In this document: piece by piece, positions 45,531 through 50,906 of the stretch
How the letters are laid out: each line of letters opens with the position of its first letter
Numbering within the stretch: position 1 is the first letter of the stretch
Source of the DNA: Methylacidiphilum caldifontis
GTDB lineage: Bacteria; Verrucomicrobiota; Verrucomicrobiia; Methylacidiphilales; CAMAQI01
NCBI GenBank assembly: GCA_945877805.1
Contig: CAMCSM010000006.1
Span: 1 to 50,906, forward strand
Direction of reading: 5' to 3'
DNA length: 50,906 bases
The notes under the pieces: model-generated
The model's input: the letters and a program-made list of their open reading frames with translations, nothing else
Databases searched by the model: none
Told to the model about the DNA's origin: nothing
Position numbers and translations under genes: made by a program

Positions 45531-45871
45531 ATGATCAAATCATGAAATTCGGTCTTCCCCTCAGTGTGATCGAGAAAATTTGCGCAGTTTTTGTAAATTT
45601 TCCGGAGATTGAAAAAGCGATCCTCTACGGGTCGCGTGCCAAAGGAAATTTTAAGACCGGTTCCGATATTGATCTAACGCTTTTCGGTGAAAAACTAAAT
45701 TCTTCTTGGAGCGGAAAGATCGCTGAGGCATTGGATGATTTATTGTTACCGTACACCATCGATCTCTCGATCTATACCGAACTCAATCATGCCAAATTAC
45801 AGGAACATATTGATCGTGTCGGGGTTGTTTTTTATCAGAGTCTTCGTACCCATGAGACAGATCTCTCTTGA
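45527..45871 (+). CDS. minimal nucleotidyltransferase (MNT), putative antitoxin
   Basis: YGSRAKGNFKTGSDIDL (GSX10DXD); ATGA overlap with the HEPN gene. Confidence 0.9.
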   Translation: MNDQIMKFGLPLSVIEKICAVFVNFPEIEKAILYGSRAKGNFKTGSDIDLTLFGEKLNSSWSGKIAEALDDLLLPYTIDLSIYTELNHAKLQEHIDRVGVVFYQSLRTHETDLS

Positions 45872-45890
45872 ACTCAAAGAGGATCCCTTT

Positions 45891-47225
45891 CTACGGCTTT
45901 CTTGATTCCTGAATCGCTTTCCAACGAGCAAGGCGTTCGGAGATGATCTTTTCGTAGCCCTTTACCGTCGGCTTGTAGAACGTCACTCCCTTGACCCCGA
46001 AGTCGTGAGAGGAGATTCCCTCTTCGGCCTCATGGCTGTAGTCATATCCTTTTCCGTTCCCCAAAAGCTGTTTGCTGGATCCTCCGGTGCTTCGGAGTTT
46101 ACGAGGAACCTCTAAGGTCGGATGCGTTCGTAGATGGGCGAGGGCGGCATCAATCGCGGTGTAGGCAGAGTTACTTTTAGCAGCGGTTGCCAAATAAAGG
46201 GTGGCTTGACTGAGAATAATGCGTCCCTCCGGCATACCGATAAATTCGACCGCCTGCTGTGCGGCTACAGCGAGGGGGAGGGCTTGGGGATCGGCGAGTC
46301 CGATATCCTCGGAGGCGAGGATAACGATTCGTCGCGCAATGAAGCGAGGATCCTCTCCGGCTTCAATCATTTTGGCGAGCCAGTAGAGAGCGGCATCCGG
46401 ATCGCTTCCACGAACTGATTTAATAAAGGCCGATATCGTATCGTAATGTTGATCCTCATCCCGATCATAGAGGACGAGTTTGCGTTGAACGCAGGCCTCG
46501 ATAATTTCACGAGTGAGAACGGTTTTTTCATCTGCTTCGCCAGGAGTGGTCGTCAGGGCGGCGACCTCAAGAGCATTGAGGAGTCGACGGGCATCTCCTT
46601 CGGCGGTTTGAATGAGATGTCTCTTGGCTTCCGGATCGATGGTGAGGTTAAAGCTTCCGAGTCCCCGTTCGGGATCGGTAAGGACGCGCTCCAGTAAGGT
46701 TTCAAGGCTTTCAGGGGAAAGCGGCTCAAGCTGAAAAACTTGTGAGCGAGAGACAAGGGGGCCGGTGATGAAAAAGGAGGGATTATGAGTCGTCGCTCCA
46801 ATCAGTCGAATCGTTCCCTGTTCGACATCCGGAAGAAGGACATCCTGTTGGGATTTACTAAAACGATGAAGTTCATCGACAAAGAGAATCGTCTTCATTT
46901 GATGATGACGGAGGCGTTGAACCGCTTGGGCGATCGTCGCTCGAACTTGTTGAACTGAGGCCTCCACGGCGTTGAGACGTTCAAAGTGCGATTCGGTCCG
47001 ATGGGCGATCAGTTCAGCCAAAGAGGTTTTTCCAGTTCCCGGAGGACCAAAAAGAATGATCGAGGTGATGCGATCCGATTCGATGAGTCTTCGTAACGGT
47101 TTTCCCTGGCCAAGGAGGTGGGATTGACCGATATATTCGTCGAGATTTCGGGGACGAAACCGTGCCGCGAGCGGTTGATTTTTTTGAATGGCTATTTTTT
47201 CGCCTGCGGAAAAGAGATCAGACAT
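45891..47225 (-). CDS. rarA: replication-associated recombination protein A
   Basis: PLA.R.RP, GPPGTGKT, FVDE.HRF, HYD.ISAFIKS.RGSDPDA. Start ATG 47225 (MSDLF). Confidence 0.96.
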   Translation of the reverse strand: MSDLFSAGEKIAIQKNQPLAARFRPRNLDEYIGQSHLLGQGKPLRRLIESDRITSIILFGPPGTGKTSLAELIAHRTESHFERLNAVEASVQQVRATIAQAVQRLRHHQMKTILFVDELHRFSKSQQDVLLPDVEQGTIRLIGATTHNPSFFITGPLVSRSQVFQLEPLSPESLETLLERVLTDPERGLGSFNLTIDPEAKRHLIQTAEGDARRLLNALEVAALTTTPGEADEKTVLTREIIEACVQRKLVLYDRDEDQHYDTISAFIKSVRGSDPDAALYWLAKMIEAGEDPRFIARRIVILASEDIGLADPQALPLAVAAQQAVEFIGMPEGRIILSQATLYLATAAKSNSAYTAIDAALAHLRTHPTLEVPRKLRSTGGSSKQLLGNGKGYDYSHEAEEGISSHDFGVKGVTFYKPTVKGYEKIISERLARWKAIQESRKP

Positions 47226-47229
47226 AGGT

Positions 47230-47631
47230 CTACACCGTGAATTCTTGAGGGGGGTGCATCTCAAAGAGGGGGATGCGAGTGAAGATCGGTTTTTTCTCTC
47301 CCGTGAGTCCGAAGTAGGCCCCCTCGGCGATGCTTTCGGTGAGGATTAAATGGTAGCTTTCGTAGGTGAATTTCTCGCCAGGAGGAAGTTCTGGGGTTTT
47401 GCCGACGACTCCGTCCCCTTCGACGACTTCCACTCGACCGGATTTATCACGAATAATCCATTTGCGACCAAAAATTTTCACGGTTTCAGGGCTGAGGTTC
47501 TCAATGGTGATCGTATAACGGAAGGCATACGGACGGTCAGGAGGCGCTTGAGCTTGGGGGTCGTACTGGATGGAATCGACGCTGACATGAAGTCCTTTTA
47601 ACTCGTGGATCTCTTGATTTGCGTTTTTCAT
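47230..47631 (-). CDS. apaG: ApaG domain protein
   Basis: F.Y.ITI.N, R.W.I, V.GDGVVG..P.L.PGE.F.Y.S. Confidence 0.92.
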   Translation of the reverse strand: MKNANQEIHELKGLHVSVDSIQYDPQAQAPPDRPYAFRYTITIENLSPETVKIFGRKWIIRDKSGRVEVVEGDGVVGKTPELPPGEKFTYESYHLILTESIAEGAYFGLTGEKKPIFTRIPLFEMHPPQEFTV

Positions 47632-47733
47632 CCGGAGGGGAAGATTATCACAGAGTTTGAGAAGGACAAATGAATTTAAAATTTCACATTCCTTTCGTTG
47701 CTTTTTTAAAGTCGATCATTACAGTCGTTCGGC

Positions 47734-49653
47734 ATGAGTTTAAATGACAACGGTTGGGATGTATCAAAAGCGGCAGCGACTTACAATATAGCGGGATGGG
47801 GGGATGAATATTTTAATGTGAATTCCAAAGGGTTTGTCATTGTTAAGCCTGACCCATCAAAGGCGACGGAGATCGAGCTGCATTCGGTGATGAAGGAGGC
47901 GATCGAGAGGGGATTGAAGACTCCGTTACTTCTTCGTTTTCAAGATTTATTACAACATCGAGTACGGACCTTGAACGAGGCCTTTGCGAGTGCGATTCAA
48001 GAGGCTGGGTATCAGGGCTTATACCGAGGGGTTTTTCCGATCAAGGTCAATCAACTGCGGGAAGTGGTTGAGGAGATCGTTGAGGCCGGTATCCCGTATC
48101 ACTACGGAATTGAGGCAGGAAGTAAGCCAGAGCTTTTCGCTGCCTTAGTGATGCATAAAGACCCGGAGAGCTTAGTGATCTGTAATGGCTATAAAGATGC
48201 CCAGTTTATTCAGACCGCTTTATTAGGGACCAAGCTTGGCAAGAAGGTGATCATGGTAGTGGAGAAGCTTGAGGAGCTTCGTCATGTGATTGAGGTTTCT
48301 AAGCAAATTGGAGTGATTCCATGGATCGGAATTCGAGTTCGTTTGCATACCAAGAGTGCCGGAAAATGGGCGCTTTCTGGCGGTGAAGATGCGAAATTTG
48401 GGTTAAACACCGCCGATATTTTAGAGGCAACGCGAATTCTTCAGGAGGCCGGTTTAGAGGAGAGCTTCAAGTTGCTTCATTTTCATATTGGATCTCAGGT
48501 TCCGGATATTCGAACCGTTAAAAAATCGGTTCGGGAAGCAGCTCGTTATTTCGCAAAGATATATCAACATGGCTTTAAGCTGGAGTATATCGATGTCGGT
48601 GGGGGATTAGGAGTGGATTATGATGGATCCCGAACCAACTGCGAAAGCAGTATCAACTATACCCTTTCGGAGTATGCACGGGATATCGTTTATAATATTG
48701 CTGATGTGTTGAATGAAGAAAAGGTCCCCCATCCTCATATCGTCAGTGAAAGCGGACGGGCGATTGTGGCTCATCATTCGGTATTGATCGTCGATGTTTT
48801 TGGAATGATTGAGAAGACCAAGACGACCTCCAATGTAACCTATCCCGCTCCTTGTCATAAATTAGTTCAAGATCTTTTGGATTTACGGCAGACCTTGAAT
48901 AAGAAAAATCGTTTGGAGCATTTTCATGATATGCAACAGATCAAGGAGGATTCTGAGACCCGCTTTGAGCTCGGTCTTTTGGATTTGAAGACTCAGGCTC
49001 AGATTGAGACCTTGTATTGGGAACTCGCCGAGAGCTTAGTCGAACAGTATGAAGGGATGAAGTCAGTCCCTCAGGAGATCCTTCAATTGAAAAACTCTTT
49101 GGGAGATCAATACATTTGTAATTTTTCAGTCTTTCAATCGATGCTCGATCATTGGGCATTGGGACAACTGTTTCCGATTATGCCGATTCATCGTCTTGAG
49201 GAGAAACCGGATTACAACGGCTTTCTGGTCGATATTACTTGCGATTCAGATGGGAAAATTAATAGTTTCATTACCGGAGAGAATAAAATTCAAAAAACAC
49301 TCCCGTTGCACTCTTTAAATGGAGAGCCCTATTGCTTAGGGCTCTTTTTGATGGGGGCCTATCAAGATATTATGGGGGATTTACATAACTTGTTTGGTCG
49401 TGTGAATGAGGCCCATATTTTTCTTGATCCGGATGAGCCGAGTGGATTTTACATCGAGGAGACGATTCCAGGAACGACGATTGGCAGTGTCTTGGCTGAT
49501 GTTCAGTATGATACCGTCAGTTTAGCTCGTGAGATGAAACAGCTGATTGATGCCGCGATTAAAGGGGATGTCATGAAGCCGAGCGAGGGGATGCGTTGGC
49601 TGGAAAGTTATGAAAAAGGATTGAAGTCCTCTACGTATCTTGAGTTTTCGTAA
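47734..49653 (+). CDS. speA: biosynthetic arginine decarboxylase
   Basis: FPIKVNQ (PLP Lys), EAGSKPE, HFHIGSQ, DVGGGLGVDYDGS, ESGRA, DITCDSDG, GAYQ.I.GD.HNLFG. Confidence 0.97.
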   Translation: MSLNDNGWDVSKAAATYNIAGWGDEYFNVNSKGFVIVKPDPSKATEIELHSVMKEAIERGLKTPLLLRFQDLLQHRVRTLNEAFASAIQEAGYQGLYRGVFPIKVNQLREVVEEIVEAGIPYHYGIEAGSKPELFAALVMHKDPESLVICNGYKDAQFIQTALLGTKLGKKVIMVVEKLEELRHVIEVSKQIGVIPWIGIRVRLHTKSAGKWALSGGEDAKFGLNTADILEATRILQEAGLEESFKLLHFHIGSQVPDIRTVKKSVREAARYFAKIYQHGFKLEYIDVGGGLGVDYDGSRTNCESSINYTLSEYARDIVYNIADVLNEEKVPHPHIVSESGRAIVAHHSVLIVDVFGMIEKTKTTSNVTYPAPCHKLVQDLLDLRQTLNKKNRLEHFHDMQQIKEDSETRFELGLLDLKTQAQIETLYWELAESLVEQYEGMKSVPQEILQLKNSLGDQYICNFSVFQSMLDHWALGQLFPIMPIHRLEEKPDYNGFLVDITCDSDGKINSFITGENKIQKTLPLHSLNGEPYCLGLFLMGAYQDIMGDLHNLFGRVNEAHIFLDPDEPSGFYIEETIPGTTIGSVLADVQYDTVSLAREMKQLIDAAIKGDVMKPSEGMRWLESYEKGLKSSTYLEFS

Positions 49654-49696
49654 ATTAAGAGAACTGCTCACGTTCAAGACGACAAGTCATTAGGGA

Positions 49697-49713
49697 TCGG
49701 CATGTTTCTTGCT
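49697..49713 (+). promoter_or_regulatory. sigma54 (-24/-12) promoter upstream of cynS
   Basis: tcGGCATG-tttc-TTGCt with exact GG-N10-GC spacing, 34 nt before the ATG. Confidence 0.65.
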
Positions 49714-49746
49714 TTTCCTCTATTTCCCAAAAAACAGGAGATAAAA

Positions 49747-50187
49747 ATGACAAAGATTGAGATGACGGAGTTGATTTTAGTCGCAAAGAACAAAAAAAAG
49801 AAAAGTTGGACTCAAATTTCAGAGGCGGTGGGGCTATCTGAGGTTTTCATCACCTCCGCCTGTTTAGGTCAAAATAGTGTCGATGCAGAGACCGCTAAAA
49901 AGCTTTGTAAGTTTCTATCCCTTCCTCCTGCCGTTGAAAAGGGACTGCGTGACTATCCAATGAAGGGGCAAACGGAGTACGCGATGAAAGACCCTCTTAT
50001 TTATCGATTTTTAGAGATGATTTATGTCTATGGGCCGACCTTTAAGGAATTGATTCAGGAGAAATTCGGGGATGGGATTATGAGTGCAATAGATTACACC
50101 GCATATCTTGAGAAGGTGGAAGATCCGAAGGGGGATCGAGTCAAGATCACGATGTGCGGAAAATTCTTGCCGTATAAGAAGTGGTAA
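49747..50187 (+). CDS. cynS: cyanate hydratase (cyanase)
   Basis: DP.IYRF.E...VYG, E.FGDGIMSAID, GDRV.IT..GKFLPY. Start ATG 49747 with a CAGGAG Shine-Dalgarno. Confidence 0.96.
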   Translation: MTKIEMTELILVAKNKKKKSWTQISEAVGLSEVFITSACLGQNSVDAETAKKLCKFLSLPPAVEKGLRDYPMKGQTEYAMKDPLIYRFLEMIYVYGPTFKELIQEKFGDGIMSAIDYTAYLEKVEDPKGDRVKITMCGKFLPYKKW

Positions 50188-50333
50188 AGAGTCTACAAAA
50201 CTCTCGGGAGAAGATAAATCGATCTCTCTAAAGAAAAGGATCGCAAATTGGCTTCCCCCATCGGGTGAATCTGTATGACGAAATGAAAAAAGCGCTTTTG
50301 ATTTTGTGAATCCATTGCATCATCTGCTCTTTC

Positions 50334-50906
50334 ATGGCTTCTCAAAGTTCATTCGTTCCGTCAAAAGGGGTTTTACGGTCGCTTCTTATTTCCCAGAGAA
50401 ATAACTGGCTTCTTGCGGCCTTTTTTTTTGTTATCAAGAGTTTTCCGGTTTGGGTTCTTCCTTATTTTGTAGGAGTGATGATCGATTCAGCGATTCAGCC
50501 CACTCCTGAAAATAAAAAAATTGGGATCTGGTGTGGAGTTATTCTTACTCTCTTGATTGCGCAAAATCTCCTCACGCATTCGCTCTTCGCCCGTTTTTTA
50601 AGCAGAGGATGTCGTTCGATCCAGTTAGCGCTTCGCTGTCAGCTCATCGAAAAGATTCAACAGCTCTCTCTCTCTTTTCACGAGTCTAAAACAACAGGAA
50701 GACTTCACTCGAAAATTCTCCGGGATGTTGATCAGGTCGAAATGCTGATACGGGTTTGTTTTAATCAGGGATTAGGAGGGATCTGCGGTGTTGTGATTTC
50801 AGTGATCATTTGCGCCTTTAAACAACCGATGATCTTGCTCTATTTTTTTGCGACCATCCCGTTGATTGTTTTTTTGATGCGTTTTTTTAATTCTCGCGTT
50901 TCTCAC
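50334..50906 (+). CDS. ABC transporter fused permease/ATP-binding protein, N-terminal TMD (truncated by window end)
   Basis: Open frame from ATG 50334: MASQSSF...LRCQLIEKIQQLSLSFHESKTTGRLHSKILRDVDQVE, a typical ABC-exporter TMD motif. Confidence 0.85.
   Translation, partial: MASQSSFVPSKGVLRSLLISQRNNWLLAAFFFVIKSFPVWVLPYFVGVMIDSAIQPTPENKKIGIWCGVILTLLIAQNLLTHSLFARFLSRGCRSIQLALRCQLIEKIQQLSLSFHESKTTGRLHSKILRDVDQVEMLIRVCFNQGLGGICGVVISVIICAFKQPMILLYFFATIPLIVFLMRFFNSRVSH

Noticed and set aside
1070-49159. Numerous 60-170 aa ORFs nested in or antisense to the called genes
   Set aside because: They lie wholly within well-supported CDSs and show no family motifs; treated as shadow ORFs.
50288-50299. 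aaaagcgctttt LacI-like palindrome before the ABC transporter
   Set aside because: Short, lacks the outer TG..CA, and no LacI gene is in view.
1-50906. CRISPR arrays, tRNA/rRNA genes, prophage or intact transposase genes
   Set aside because: No regularly spaced repeats, cloverleaf/T-loop signatures, or phage or transposase ORFs seen by eye. tRNAscan and Rfam were not run.

Overview
Bacterial chromosomal window, probably Verrucomicrobiota (inferred from gene content and the rplM-rpsI-argCJB linkage, not tested). From left to right it holds: the 3' end of a group II intron; an AraC regulator; an rplM-rpsI-argC-argJ-argB-argD-argF block interrupted by an oppositely oriented vapBC-type pair; moaA-moaD-moaE; a signalling module (CheX, double-receiver protein, TPR protein, sigma54 activator, two bactofilins, HDOD protein, degenerate His-kinase/phosphotransferase); a 35-aa histone-H1-like gene missed by the ORF track; miaB; a MITE-like element; nadE and arfB. 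The central ~10 kb is an arsenosugar-type biosynthetic cluster: ArsM-like methyltransferase, ArsS radical SAM, TIGR04282-type protein, a divergent MTAP-family phosphorylase, GT2 and GT-C glycosyltransferases, a PiT transporter, and a flavoprotein plus membrane 4Fe-4S pair. This is the best candidate for an incompletely described pathway. The right end has an ABC substrate-binding protein, a hydrolase, a Ser/Thr kinase-HDOD fusion, GH63, a HEPN/MNT pair, rarA, apaG, speA, cynS with a sigma54-like promoter and a truncated ABC transporter. Several families of intergenic palindromes and short repeats are present. All calls come from reading motifs by eye; no searches were run.
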